Positions 48,219-58,301 of a DNA stretch of 64,000 bases are shown here, piece after piece. The stretch covers positions 1,792,001 to 1,856,000 of the forward strand of contig CBDCWG010000012.1 of the NCBI GenBank assembly GCA_965223345.1, written 5' to 3'. The position numbers and the translations under genes were made by a program. This DNA comes from Nitrospinales bacterium (GTDB lineage: Bacteria; Nitrospinota; Nitrospinia; Nitrospinales; VA-1). How positions within the stretch are numbered: position 1 is the first letter of the stretch; the number at the start of each line of letters is the position of its first letter. The notes beneath the pieces were generated by a model that saw only the letters and a program-made list of their open reading frames with translations, ran no database searches and was not told the DNA's origin.

Positions 48219-48584
48219 TCAACGGCGGGTTGGCAGAACCGCATCCAGCCAGGGGTGGGTTTCGCGCAGACCGGGATCGAGGCGCATCGCCCGCTCGTAA
48301 GCCGACGCTTCTTCCTCGAACCGGCTCAGCAGACCGAAGTTCAATCCCAGTCCCAGATAGGCCAGGGCGAAGCCCGCGTCCTTTTTGATGAAGGCTTCGA
48401 ACTCCCGCAGCGCACGGGTGTAAAACACGCCGTCCCGGTAGGCGATTTTCCCGAAGGCTTTGTTGAGGTCGTAGATTTTCTGCGCCCGATACGGCTGGTA
48501 CGGCTTCAGCCGCTTGTAGGCGCGCACCTGCCGGTGGTAGATCGATTGAGCGATGGTTTTCCGCCAGACGGTTTTTACGTTCAT
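48219..48584 (-). CDS. TPR-like protein
   Basis: ALAYLGLG...EEASAYERAMRLDP. Confidence 0.6.
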   Translation of the reverse strand: MNVKTVWRKTIAQSIYHRQVRAYKRLKPYQPYRAQKIYDLNKAFGKIAYRDGVFYTRALREFEAFIKKDAGFALAYLGLGLNFGLLSRFEEEASAYERAMRLDPGLRETHPWLDAVLPTRR

Positions 48585-48779
48585 ATAAAAACCCGACGCG
48601 TGGGATTGGGCAACATCGTTCGACGGCCGGCGGAGAGAGCGGGATCTGAGTCAAGGGAGCGGCAACGGGATATCCGCCTGCAGCGAGGATGGGGATCGAT
48701 CCATTATAACGGCATCGGCGAATAGGGGACAAGCGAAGCGGCCCGTTTCCTCTATTTCACACTGCCACCGCCGGGCGGA

Positions 48780-49289
48780 TCAGTTGCGGTCCGCCGCGGA
48801 CAGGGAAACGGCAGAAGGCAGGGTTTTCAGACTGGAAGCCGGGGGCTCACTGAACATCCCGGAGGGGCTTTCGTAAAAGGACTCGTTGCCGTTGACGCCG
48901 TCCTCGTTCCAGTCCTTGTAGATCAGGTCCCAGTGCCCGTCCTCATCGACGTCCATCACGTAAAACAGCGGTTTTGCCGCCACGATGTAGTAAAACCGGG
49001 TGGTGCGGTAGTTCACCGAGAAGACGAGATTGCCGGGATTGTGCTCGAGGACGCTTTCGACCGAATAGCCGGAGAAATAGGAGGTGGTCACCACACGTAG
49101 CGTGTGAAAGTTCTCTTTACCGCTGTGATTGGTGTCGTAGCCGACGAACAGCATGCCGTTCGGGGCGAGGTGCCACGAGGTCTGATGCGCCAGAGGCGGT
49201 TCCTGCATGGGAGGCGGCTGACTCCACAGATCGGCCGGGGCCAGAGCCAGAGATGCGACAAGCAGATTCAGAATCAGAAAGCGTTTCAT
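48780..49289 (-). CDS. secreted hypothetical protein with DxDxDG-like motifs
   Basis: Signal peptide; DVDEDG and DWNEDG. Confidence 0.7.
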   Translation of the reverse strand: MKRFLILNLLVASLALAPADLWSQPPPMQEPPLAHQTSWHLAPNGMLFVGYDTNHSGKENFHTLRVVTTSYFSGYSVESVLEHNPGNLVFSVNYRTTRFYYIVAAKPLFYVMDVDEDGHWDLIYKDWNEDGVNGNESFYESPSGMFSEPPASSLKTLPSAVSLSAADRN

Positions 49290-49431
49290 TTGAAACACCC
49301 CCTTTCGTGTGGGAGGCGTTCAAACGCGGGACGGTTCAACGCCTCCTAATAATGATCTTGGGTCATGATTTCCTGGTTCCGTTCAAATGGGTGATGGGCG
49401 CAAAGCCCGATTGCGTTCACCGTTATTAAAG

Positions 49432-49447
49432 AGCAAGAACGGTGCCT
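49432..49447 (-). promoter_or_regulatory. sigma54 -24/-12 promoter candidate
   Basis: Minus strand AGGCACCGTTCTTGCT (GG-N10-GC). Confidence 0.6.
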
Positions 49448-49622
49448 CTTTGGCCGGTTTTTCAGGTTTTGGGAGATAACCGCTTTAAAAACAACATACT
49501 AAAATATTGGGGCGGCGGCTTTTGTGGCTACATATGTGAGCGGTGATTTCATCAAATTAGTATAAATTGCCACATATTGACAAAAATTGTCTATTTGGGG
49601 CTCCCGGTCGAATTCGCTGCGC

Positions 49623-49846
49623 ATTGGAGGCTCTTGGATCGGCATGATCCCGCCGACCTTCGCCTTCAATTATTTCGGCAGCGGCATCTTCTCCGGTTCC
49701 AGCACTGCGCTGATCCTGGGCGGGATCGTCGTGCTGATCTCGCTGCTGGCGCCGCGCTGATTGAAGCGCCACAATCCCTGGGGGCTGTACGACCGCCTGG
49801 AAAAGCACATGGAGTGGATGCCCGTATGGGCATTGTGGGGTGAAGC
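49623..49846 (+). pseudogene. possible 3' remnant of a TVP38/VTT-like membrane protein gene
   Basis: Frame reads IGMIPPTFAFNYFG...LLAPR*LKRHNPWG; in-frame TGA at 49758-49760; no 5' part. Confidence 0.35.
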
Positions 49847-50635
49847 TCAGAGGGGGTTTTCCTGTTTGGGATCTGCGGAAAGGGCAGGCCTCGATTTGAA
49901 TCCCCGCCACAGAAACCAGGCGCACACCGACAGCATGCCGATCCAGCCCACCGCGCTGGTCCTGGCGGCGATGGCGGTGTCCTGATCGATCAGGCCGAAG
50001 CGGAAGAACAGATTGCGCCAGTCGTGCGAATCCTCACCCAGCCCGCCGATCAACGGCAGCACCAGCGCCCGGGCGTCCGCCATATAGACCGCCACATCCA
50101 GCAGGTTCTCAAAACACCAGAACAGAGCGAACGCGTAACCCACCGCGTCGCGCCGGGCCCAGAAGGAGGCGGCGACGAGGGCGGGAATCAGGACCTGATT
50201 GAGGCTGCCACCGAAGATGGTCAGCGTGCGGTTGCCGAAGATCGCGAAAATCCAGTGACCCGCTTCGTGGAACACCAGGTTCACGTTGTGCAGGAAGTAC
50301 AACAACGTGGAATCGGAACCCATGAGATTTTTTGTGGCCAACAGATACATCAATATGAGAAAGCCCAGCGACAAACCGGCCAGTGCGTAAGGCGACACCG
50401 GGTTCCAGGGCGTTGCGGCGCGCTGCAGGAGATACCGGACGAATGCCGGATGACCGGCGTATTCCTGCTGTGCTTCAGGAACGTCTTCCGCAATTGCCGT
50501 GTCCGCCTGCGTCTTAAGCGCGGCCGCGCTCTCGGCCTGCCTCTTCTGGATCGCATGGTACTTGGCGAACACGATCCCGCAACTTAGACAAGTGTCGGAT
50601 TTTTCCTGCTCGTGCGAGCATTTGGGGCAGCGCAT
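49847..50635 (-). CDS. zinc-ribbon plus HExxH membrane protein
   Basis: CPKC/CLSC at the N-terminus, NLVFHEAGH, YMADA, HDW. Confidence 0.8.
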   Translation of the reverse strand: MRCPKCSHEQEKSDTCLSCGIVFAKYHAIQKRQAESAAALKTQADTAIAEDVPEAQQEYAGHPAFVRYLLQRAATPWNPVSPYALAGLSLGFLILMYLLATKNLMGSDSTLLYFLHNVNLVFHEAGHWIFAIFGNRTLTIFGGSLNQVLIPALVAASFWARRDAVGYAFALFWCFENLLDVAVYMADARALVLPLIGGLGEDSHDWRNLFFRFGLIDQDTAIAARTSAVGWIGMLSVCAWFLWRGFKSRPALSADPKQENPL

Positions 50636-50680
50636 GGTTTGCGAAAGGTTTTGTGGATGAACGGTTTATTGATTTTAAGG

Positions 50681-50696
50681 AGCAAGGGCTATGCCA
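50681..50696 (-). promoter_or_regulatory. sigma54 -24/-12 promoter candidate
   Basis: Minus strand TGGCATAGCCCTTGCT (GG-N10-GC). Confidence 0.65.
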
Positions 50697-50897
50697 ATCT
50701 AAAGTGATTGAAAAAGCGTGTGTTATTTTTGAGGGAGGGAAGGGGGAGGGCAAAAATTCAGACGCTTTCGACAGGCGCGTGTGAAAGGAAAGACCATTTC
50801 TGGATCTGTGCGGAAATTTTTTTTCGTCCATAACTCCTTACTAAACAGTCGTCTAAAAATAATTAAACAAAAAATAAAATTTTGTATAGATTTTATG

Positions 50898-50926
50898 TTG
50901 ACAAACTTATACGAGTGTTGCATATT
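50898..50926 (+). promoter_or_regulatory. sigma70-like promoter
   Basis: TTGACA-17 nt-CATATT upstream of the 50987 gene. Confidence 0.6.
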
Positions 50927-50986
50927 GAGGTCAGATATTGATTTGATCATTGAGTCGCACCCACATAGCTAACAGGAGAATCCAAA

Positions 50987-51679
50987 ATGAAAACGACGAA
51001 AAAATCCATCATCCTCGCCGCCGCCCTTTCAACGATGATCACCGTGCCCGCAGCGGCTTTGGCCCATACCGGACACAACCACGCGGAACTGCCGCTCAAA
51101 TGGAAATTCACCGAGCAAACCCAGGATAAAGTGAAAACCAATTTCAGAGCCGCCTCCGGCAAAGTCATCACCGGCTTGTCGCATTTTGAGCAGAAAAAAC
51201 TCGACCGCTATGGTATTCAGATAGGAGCCAGCTTCAAATCGAAAATCGCCGGACACCCGGTTAAAGTGAAGCGGACTTCGATGGGTTTGGAGATCCTGGG
51301 CGTGCAGCCTTTCGATCTCACGTCGGTCTGGCAGATCCCGATCCGCAAAAGCCACGCCGTTTCTCTCGTTTCCACCGGTCCCGCTAACCATGCCGGCCAC
51401 GACCATGCGGTGAAACCTTATGAGTGGGAATTCACCAAAACCACGCAGGACCGCATCGTGCAGCGCGTGGCGCAAAATTCCGATAACGCGGCCTTCATCG
51501 GCCTGAAGGAATTCGAACAGAAGCTGCTGGAACGCTATGGAATCAAAAACGGCAACAAGTTCATGGCGACCGTGCAGGGACAGAAAGTGATGGTGGAGCG
51601 GACTTCCGGTGGAATCCAGGTGAAAGCCGCGGATGCGAACCCGACTCTGGCGAAAGCCGCCGATCGTTCCAGAATGTGA
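50987..51679 (+). CDS. secreted two-repeat His-rich hypothetical protein
   Basis: AGGAG RBS, signal peptide (ALA-H), HTGHNH and HAGHDH each followed by a homologous domain of about 80 aa. Confidence 0.8.
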   Translation: MKTTKKSIILAAALSTMITVPAAALAHTGHNHAELPLKWKFTEQTQDKVKTNFRAASGKVITGLSHFEQKKLDRYGIQIGASFKSKIAGHPVKVKRTSMGLEILGVQPFDLTSVWQIPIRKSHAVSLVSTGPANHAGHDHAVKPYEWEFTKTTQDRIVQRVAQNSDNAAFIGLKEFEQKLLERYGIKNGNKFMATVQGQKVMVERTSGGIQVKAADANPTLAKAADRSRM

Positions 51680-51790
51680 GGACGCTGGGCGCGATCCCAT
51701 ATCGGATTCAAGTCACCGCTTCACGATCCGATCTGTAACCAGATACGAGAAGTACAGAAGTAAACACAACAATCCGAACTCACAACCAAC

Positions 51791-51818
51791 GCCGGGAGGA
51801 TTTTCCTCCCGGCTCTTT
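51791..51818 (+). terminator. hairpin / weak terminator candidate
   Basis: GCCGGGAGGA TTT TCCTCCCGGC followed by TCTTT. Confidence 0.5.
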
Positions 51819-51830
51819 GTCAGGGACACC

Positions 51831-52760
51831 ATGAACGCTGCATCGGACCCCAAAGATCTGCTCACCATCGGCGAGCTTTCCCAGTTGACGGGAATCAGCA
51901 CCTACACTCTGAGGATGTGGGAAAAGCGTTACGGCATGCCGCGCAACCAGCGGCTGCCGTCGGGGCACCGCCGCTACCCGCGCGAGGAAGTGCCGCGGCT
52001 GCGGGCGATCGCCAAGGCACTGGATCAGGGCTACCGCGCCGGCAAGGTGGTGTGCGGGACGCTGGAAGAGTTGCAGAACCTTCTGGGCGTCCGGCTGCCG
52101 CTTTCATCTTCGGATGCGCAGGCGGATTCGGCTGCCGAAGCGCAGGCTTCCGCCAGTTCGGTGCAGATCGAGAAATGGATCGAAGCGGTGCACCGGTTCG
52201 ATGAGGCTACGCTGACCCGGGAATTCTACGATGCCTGGGGGAGGATGGGGCCGATGGAGTTCATTCAGAATCTGGCGGCGCCGTTCACCACGCAGGTGGG
52301 GCTGTGCTGGGAAACGGGAGAGCTGTCCGTCTCGCACGAACATTTCGCTTCCGAACGCCTGGAACATTTTCTCAGCGAGAAGTGGCGGCGCATGAACGAA
52401 CGCAAGGACGGGCCCTCGGTGCTTCTCACCACCCTTCCGGGGGATTCGCACCGGATCGGCCTGGCGATGTGTGCGGTGGTGACGGCGCTCACGCAGCGGA
52501 AAATCGTGTATCTGGGGCCGGACACGCCTCTGGATTCGATTCTGCTGTCGGTGAAGCGCTGCGACGCGCGTCTGGTGGCGCTCAGCATCTCGCCGACGAT
52601 GGATCCCGCGGAGACGGACCGGCTGCTTTTGACGCTGCGCAAGGATCTGCCGCGCAAGGTCGCCATCGCCATCGGCGGGCAGGGCGCTCCGGAACGGATC
52701 GCCGGGATCACCCGCTTCGACAACTTTCCCGAATATTACGACTGGCTGGGAAATCACTGA
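51831..52760 (+). CDS. MerR-family cobalamin-binding regulator (CarH/LitR-like)
   Basis: TLRMWEKRYG, GHRRY, W-x9-EH (WETGELSVSHEH), GDSHRIG, YLGPDTP. Confidence 0.9.
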   Translation: MNAASDPKDLLTIGELSQLTGISTYTLRMWEKRYGMPRNQRLPSGHRRYPREEVPRLRAIAKALDQGYRAGKVVCGTLEELQNLLGVRLPLSSSDAQADSAAEAQASASSVQIEKWIEAVHRFDEATLTREFYDAWGRMGPMEFIQNLAAPFTTQVGLCWETGELSVSHEHFASERLEHFLSEKWRRMNERKDGPSVLLTTLPGDSHRIGLAMCAVVTALTQRKIVYLGPDTPLDSILLSVKRCDARLVALSISPTMDPAETDRLLLTLRKDLPRKVAIAIGGQGAPERIAGITRFDNFPEYYDWLGNH

Positions 52761-52838
52761 AATCACTCTGACCAGTTTTTCCATCGGATGCTTGCCGCAA
52801 AGGGGAAAACCGTCTGTCCCATTCATGAGGAATCGATC

Positions 52839-53789
52839 ATGCGAAAAAAAATCCTGGTGGCGGGCGCCACCGGTTATATCGGAACCCGGCTCACAGAGGC
52901 GCTGTGCCGGCTCGGGTATCCGCTGCGTTGTCTGGCGCGCGACCCCGGCGCTTTTCAAGGGGCGGAAGACTGTGAGGTGGTGCGCGGCGATCTTCTGGAC
53001 GCCGAAAGCCTCCACACGGTTTTTGAGAGCATCGACACCGCTTTTTATCTGGCGCACAGCCTGGATGCGGACGGGGATTTCGAGCGTCTGGAGCTAAAAG
53101 CCGCCTCCAATTTCGCGCAGGCGGCGCAAGCGGCGGGCGTGCGCCGCATCGTCTATCTGGGGGCGCTGGGAAACAGCGAGGAAGGGCCGCTTTCACCGCA
53201 TCTGAAAAGCCGCAAGGAAGTCGGCAACGTATTGCGCGCCAGCGGCGTTTCCGTTCTGGAGTTTCAGGCGTCCATCATCCTGGGGGCGGGCAGCCTCTCG
53301 TTCGAGATGATCCGCACGCTGTCGGAACGGCTGCCGGTGATGATCCTGCCGCGATGGGTGAGCGTGCCGGCACAGCCGATTCACATCACAGACGTGCTGG
53401 CCTATCTCGTGCAGGCGGTCGAGCTGGAAGACCGGGGGCACGAGATCTTTCAGATCGGCGGGCGCGACCGGGTCTCCTACCGCGGCCTGATCGCCGAGTA
53501 CGCGAAGCAGCGGGGGCTCAAGCGCTGGCTGATCCCGGTTCCGGTGCTGACTCCGCGGCTGTCGAGCCTGTGGCTCATGCTGGTGACGCCGGTGCATTTC
53601 AAGGTGGGCAGGAAACTGATCGAAAGCATCAAAAACCCGACCTGGGTGCAGGATGCGGGTGCGCAAGAGCGCTTTCCCGGCATCCGGCCCATCGGCGTTT
53701 CCCAGGCCATCGCGCTGGCGCTGCGCGAAGACTCACCCATGCAGCAGCCCGTTGCGCCTTCGAACCGGGAACCGATTCCCATCCATTGA
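52839..53789 (+). CDS. NAD(P)H-binding atypical SDR / epimerase family protein
   Basis: GATGYIG, HLKSR, IILGAGSLSFEM. Confidence 0.88.
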   Translation: MRKKILVAGATGYIGTRLTEALCRLGYPLRCLARDPGAFQGAEDCEVVRGDLLDAESLHTVFESIDTAFYLAHSLDADGDFERLELKAASNFAQAAQAAGVRRIVYLGALGNSEEGPLSPHLKSRKEVGNVLRASGVSVLEFQASIILGAGSLSFEMIRTLSERLPVMILPRWVSVPAQPIHITDVLAYLVQAVELEDRGHEIFQIGGRDRVSYRGLIAEYAKQRGLKRWLIPVPVLTPRLSSLWLMLVTPVHFKVGRKLIESIKNPTWVQDAGAQERFPGIRPIGVSQAIALALREDSPMQQPVAPSNREPIPIH

Positions 53790-53801
53790 GTCGGGTGCGA
53801 A

Positions 53802-56744
53802 TCAGTACTTGAACTGTGCCACGAGTTTTTGCAGTTCCGAGGCCATGTTGGATAATTCGCCGGATGCCGTCTGTGTGTCTCCCGCACCTTGTGTTGTGCT
53901 CTGCGCAGCCGTGGCCACGCCGGTGATGTTTTCCGCGATTTCCTGCGTTCCCTTTGCCGCCTCGGTCACATTGCGGCCGATTTCAGAGGTCGTCGCGGTC
54001 TGCTCTTCGACGGCGCTGGCGATGGTGTTGGAGATGTCGCTGATCTTCGAGATCACTTCGCTGATCTCGGCGATCGCCGACACGGCGCCGCCTGTGTCCG
54101 TCTGGATGGCTTCGATTTTCGCGCTGATTTCCTCGGTGGCTTTCGCCGTCTGATTGGCAAGGTCTTTCACTTCGTTCGCGACGACGGCAAACCCTTTTCC
54201 CGCCTCGCCGGCGCGGGCCGCTTCGATGGTGGCGTTCAGCGCCAGCAGGTTGGTCTGCTCCGCGATGGAAGTGATGACCTTGATCACCTGACCGATCTCC
54301 GCCGAGCTTTCTCCCAGTTTGCCCACCGTTTTATTGGTGTTTTCGGCGACCCGCACAGCATCGGCTGCGATCTTCGCCGCATCGTTGGCGTTGCTGGAAA
54401 TTTCCTTGATGCTGGCGTGCATCTCTTCGGCCCCGGTTGCCACGGTCTCGACGTTTTTGCTCACTTCTTCCGAGGCGGCGGACACCACACCCGCCTGGGC
54501 GGAGGTTTCTTCGGCGTTGCCCGCCATCTGCTGACTCACTTCCGACAAGGTGCTGGAGGAATGATCCAGCGCTTTGGAATTTTCCCCGATGCTGGAAATG
54601 CTCGTTCGCAGCTTGTCCAGAAATTTGGAAAGCCCCGCACCCATCTGTCCGATCGCATCGGCGCCTTGTACCGTCACTTTCTGGGTGAGATCGCCTTCCG
54701 CGGCCGCATTCACCACCCCCAGCAAAGAATCGACTTTCTCCTGAAGCTCTTTGGCCTGCTTCCTTTCACGGTCGGCCTGGTCCTGTGTGGTTTTTAAAAG
54801 TTCGCGCAGGTTTTTGACCATTGTGCCCATTGCGGAACCGAGCGTGCCTGACCCGTCGTCCTTGAGGTCCGAATTGTTGACATCGTTTTTGGCTATGTAG
54901 TCCGCCTGTCCCGCAAACCACTGCATTTTTTCGTTCATAGCCCGGAATTGTTCTCCCAGTTCTCCGGCGATCTGCACCTTCAGTATGGGATTGTTGAGAT
55001 CGTCTTCCGCGATGGTTTTTGCCTGTACGGTCAATTTGCGCAACTCGGTTTCCATTTTTAGAAACGCTTCTCCCAGATCTCCGTGGATTTTATCTTCGCT
55101 GGACACCGCCTGGGCTCCCGACTCCAGATCCATGCCGGAATTCATTTTTTCCAGCATTTTATTGAGTTGCAGCTTCCCTTCGGCGATGTGCTCGGCTTTT
55201 CGGACCAGCCGGTTGAGACTTTCGATCATTTTATTGAACGAATTTCCCAGTAGACCCAATTCATCAGAAGAATCAATGCGAAGCGCTTCCTGTTTGAGGT
55301 TGCCGTTGGCGATTTCCTCGGCCCGGTCGACCAGAGTTAGAACGGGTTTGGAAAACCAGCCGGCGATGTAGAAGGCCGACAGGATCAAAAGAACCGTCAG
55401 GCCCCCGAATATCACCACGGTCCAGAACCACAGGTCGGACGTCACCTGCATGGCCTCCGCTTCGTCGATTTCCGCCAGGATGCCCCATTGATGCCCGAGT
55501 ATGCTGAGCGGGCTGTAGGCCCCGAGCACCGGAGCGCCCCGGTAATCGTTGTAGATCGCGAACCCTGTTTTTCCTTGAAGAGCATTGGCCGTTCCCTCGG
55601 TCTTGATTTGATTCAAACCGATAGAGGTTTCCAGGTCGCGCGATTTCTGGATCAGGATTTTTTCGATCTTCAATGCCTCCAGAGCCTTGAAGTATTCTTT
55701 CGGCTGCTCGATGAGAAAACGGGAATTGTTTCTCATCTTGAAATCCTGACCGACCATGTACACTTCGCCGGAATCGCCCAGTCCGACTTTTTTCCACGCC
55801 TTGTTGCTGGTCATGACCCCATCGATGCGGTCGATGGGAGCCTGAAAGATCAGAACCCCTACTTTTTTGTTGCCGTCAAAAATGGGAGAGGCGATGAACG
55901 CTGCTGCTGCGTTGTAGGAGGGCGCATAGGGCGCAAAATCATCCATGATGACAAAATCCGCTGATTTGGCTTGGGCCGCCGCCTTGAACGCGCGGCCGAT
56001 CCCGGTGTCGGCGTAAGGCCCCGTGAGCAGACTGGTCGCGTAGTCGACTTCCTTGAAAACCGAATAGACGATGTGTCCCGTGCGCGGATCCACGAGGAAG
56101 ATGTCGTAATATCCAAAGCGCTCCAGATAATCGCGGATGATCCCATGGTATTTCCTGTGAATGTTGCTGTAGGCGCTGGGGTCTCCCGCATGGTTCAGCT
56201 TTTCTTTTTCCCCAATCGGGTTGGAGTTTTCGGAGATATAGAGAGATTGAAAAAGCTGAGTGATGTTCTTTTTGGGGAACCAGGTAGACATGGCGTTGCC
56301 CGGAGCCCCGGGGGTGTTTTGCAACTGATAGGTGTAGCGGTCGCGCAGGCGCTGTTTTTCAGCCAGGCCGTAGTTTCCCGAAGACACACTTTCGGCCTGG
56401 AAAAAAGCCGGAGTGAATTCCTGCACGGCATCGATGATCATCCGGTTGTTGGAATAGGTCTCGACTTGGTTTTTGATCTGGTCGAAGTACTGTTCGATCT
56501 GTAGCTTTTTTTCTTCACGCAAGGAAATCAGCCGTTCCTGGTTGATCTGCAGAATGGCTGTTTCCACCCGCTGCATGGAAAACAGGGCGAAGATCGAAAG
56601 AGGCAGCAAACCGGCCATGAGCAGAAAAGCCACCATTTTTTTTCGGATCGTCCAGTTCAATCCATTGGCTTTCGGTGGCTCTCCCCCCAATGCGCTGGCT
56701 TTGGAAATGGAATGGATTTGCTTGCTCGTTGCATTCGTTTCCAT
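53802..56744 (-). CDS. transmembrane methyl-accepting chemotaxis protein (Cache-like sensor, multiple HAMP)
   Basis: Two TM segments, [18 protein letters not shown] motifs, MCP signalling core. Confidence 0.93.
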   Translation of the reverse strand: METNATSKQIHSISKASALGGEPPKANGLNWTIRKKMVAFLLMAGLLPLSIFALFSMQRVETAILQINQERLISLREEKKLQIEQYFDQIKNQVETYSNNRMIIDAVQEFTPAFFQAESVSSGNYGLAEKQRLRDRYTYQLQNTPGAPGNAMSTWFPKKNITQLFQSLYISENSNPIGEKEKLNHAGDPSAYSNIHRKYHGIIRDYLERFGYYDIFLVDPRTGHIVYSVFKEVDYATSLLTGPYADTGIGRAFKAAAQAKSADFVIMDDFAPYAPSYNAAAAFIASPIFDGNKKVGVLIFQAPIDRIDGVMTSNKAWKKVGLGDSGEVYMVGQDFKMRNNSRFLIEQPKEYFKALEALKIEKILIQKSRDLETSIGLNQIKTEGTANALQGKTGFAIYNDYRGAPVLGAYSPLSILGHQWGILAEIDEAEAMQVTSDLWFWTVVIFGGLTVLLILSAFYIAGWFSKPVLTLVDRAEEIANGNLKQEALRIDSSDELGLLGNSFNKMIESLNRLVRKAEHIAEGKLQLNKMLEKMNSGMDLESGAQAVSSEDKIHGDLGEAFLKMETELRKLTVQAKTIAEDDLNNPILKVQIAGELGEQFRAMNEKMQWFAGQADYIAKNDVNNSDLKDDGSGTLGSAMGTMVKNLRELLKTTQDQADRERKQAKELQEKVDSLLGVVNAAAEGDLTQKVTVQGADAIGQMGAGLSKFLDKLRTSISSIGENSKALDHSSSTLSEVSQQMAGNAEETSAQAGVVSAASEEVSKNVETVATGAEEMHASIKEISSNANDAAKIAADAVRVAENTNKTVGKLGESSAEIGQVIKVITSIAEQTNLLALNATIEAARAGEAGKGFAVVANEVKDLANQTAKATEEISAKIEAIQTDTGGAVSAIAEISEVISKISDISNTIASAVEEQTATTSEIGRNVTEAAKGTQEIAENITGVATAAQSTTQGAGDTQTASGELSNMASELQKLVAQFKY

Positions 56745-57206
56745 GGATCTTCCCCCCTCCAAGCTAGAAATGTGTCCAGCGGTCGATACGGATTGTTTAT
56801 GAGTCGTTCTTGTGGCTGCCAATCGAAAGAATAGAAATGAATGCAGCAGTCAGAGTTCGAATGGGCTGTGTGTCGATACAAGGGGATTCAGGCTGTTCAG
56901 CGATCGATTCCCTTATCAGGTGCATTCCGCTTTATTGATTTGATGAGCCTTCAGTAAAGAATCCAAAAAGAGGGCGCATTATCAATAAACATTGTAAATA
57001 TACTTTAACCTTCCAAGTTAATCAATAAAAAAATGACACGGTTGTGGTCCGAATAATTACAAATTGGCGTTTCTTTCTATAGTGGGAGAAACTGCCTTAC
57101 TACATGCGGTGTATTCCCAGGATGTTTGCTTTATCAGAGCGTTACGTGGTGACGGTGGGGAGTGAAACTGGAATAGGAAAATGCAGGGAAGGGTGCGGAT
57201 ACTTTA

Positions 57207-58301
57207 TCAGGAAGGGCGCATGAGCTTTATCAAGAGCGGCATCAGGCGGCGGGTGAATTCGGTGGCGTCTTCTTTGGTGAGGTGCGACCACTCCGGGCAA
57301 TCGAATCCGGTCAGCTGCGGGTGATCCTCAAAATGAATGCCCGGCGCGCCGGTGACTTTGAGGATCCGGTCCCAGTATCCGGCGCGCGGGGTGTACTTGT
57401 TTTCCATCTCGCGCACGGTGCCGGTGGAGGGCAGGCGCAAAAAAATCACCTGGCCGCCGCGGCTGCGGATCTTCTCCACGTGTTCTTTGGTCTGGTTGAG
57501 GATGCGCTCGACGGCTTTTTTATGACCGGCGGCGGCTTCCTCTTTGGATAGGCCCTTGGGCGGCGGCGGGGGCGTGAACAAGGGAATCCAGATCTGCTGG
57601 ATGCGCTTTTGCAGAGCGGTGTCGTTTTCGGCCATGTCGGTCATGCCGCCCTGGCGCTCTTCGTCCACGGTGTGAAAATACGGCGGCAGCTCCGGCTTTC
57701 CTTTGACTTTTTCCCGGTTGGGTATTTTCAACTGCAAAAGCAGCTGGTTCAGGGTCAGGTCGCTTTCATTCAAAAAAGCCAGTCTGCGTTCGAGCCACAT
57801 GCCCAGATGGTGCCCGATGCGTTGGGTCGGGCTCCAGTCGTAAAAGCGTTTCAGGTGGTCGTTGGGCCGGTTCACCGGCGGTCCGCCGGGCGCAAAAAAC
57901 AGTCCGGGCGCCACGCCCACGATGACGGTTCCCGAAAACTCGGGATGCCCGGCCAGGTCTTTGAGATAGGGACCGGGGTTGGTGCCGACGGTGGCCAGTT
58001 GCAGGGGACGCTCGCCCATCGCCTCTTCATACACGTCCATGTCGAAATCGAACAGCATGCGGGACGAGCCGATGAGCACGGTGCGGTTCGGTTGTTCATC
58101 GACCAGCGCCCGGCGGCTGGCCCACAGATCTTCCGTGTCGTTCAGCGCGGGCGCATAGCCGAGGTGGCGGCAGTACAGCTCCCAGCCCAGCGTGAAGACG
58201 GCGGTGAGCGCGACGCTCGCCAGCGCCAGCAGGACCCAGTGGTGCCGGGGGATGATCCGTTTCAGCTCGTAGGTCTTAAAACTGGAAGTAGATGAAGGCA
58301 T
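57207..58301 (-). CDS. SGNH-like periplasmic partner of an MBOAT O-acyltransferase
   Basis: N-terminal TM, IGSSR block, C-terminal SHL; overlaps the MBOAT stop. Confidence 0.65.
   Translation of the reverse strand: MPSSTSSFKTYELKRIIPRHHWVLLALASVALTAVFTLGWELYCRHLGYAPALNDTEDLWASRRALVDEQPNRTVLIGSSRMLFDFDMDVYEEAMGERPLQLATVGTNPGPYLKDLAGHPEFSGTVIVGVAPGLFFAPGGPPVNRPNDHLKRFYDWSPTQRIGHHLGMWLERRLAFLNESDLTLNQLLLQLKIPNREKVKGKPELPPYFHTVDEERQGGMTDMAENDTALQKRIQQIWIPLFTPPPPPKGLSKEEAAAGHKKAVERILNQTKEHVEKIRSRGGQVIFLRLPSTGTVREMENKYTPRAGYWDRILKVTGAPGIHFEDHPQLTGFDCPEWSHLTKEDATEFTRRLMPLLIKLMRPS

Noticed and set aside
49390..49420. GGGCGCAAAGCC resembling part of a c-di-GMP-I riboswitch
   Set aside because: Upstream GGCAAAC/GAAA elements are missing and it lies on the strand opposite the nearby gene
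49758..49760. In-frame TGA as selenocysteine
   Set aside because: No redox motif context and no evident SECIS; a Trp-to-stop mutation is simpler
50935..50960. Fur/Zur-like box upstream of the His-rich gene
   Set aside because: Only a loose match to GATAATGATAATCATTATC; too weak to call
56745..57206. AT-rich 460-nt region upstream of the large MCP
   Set aside because: No recognisable riboswitch, ORF or clear sigma28 motif; looks like an ordinary promoter region
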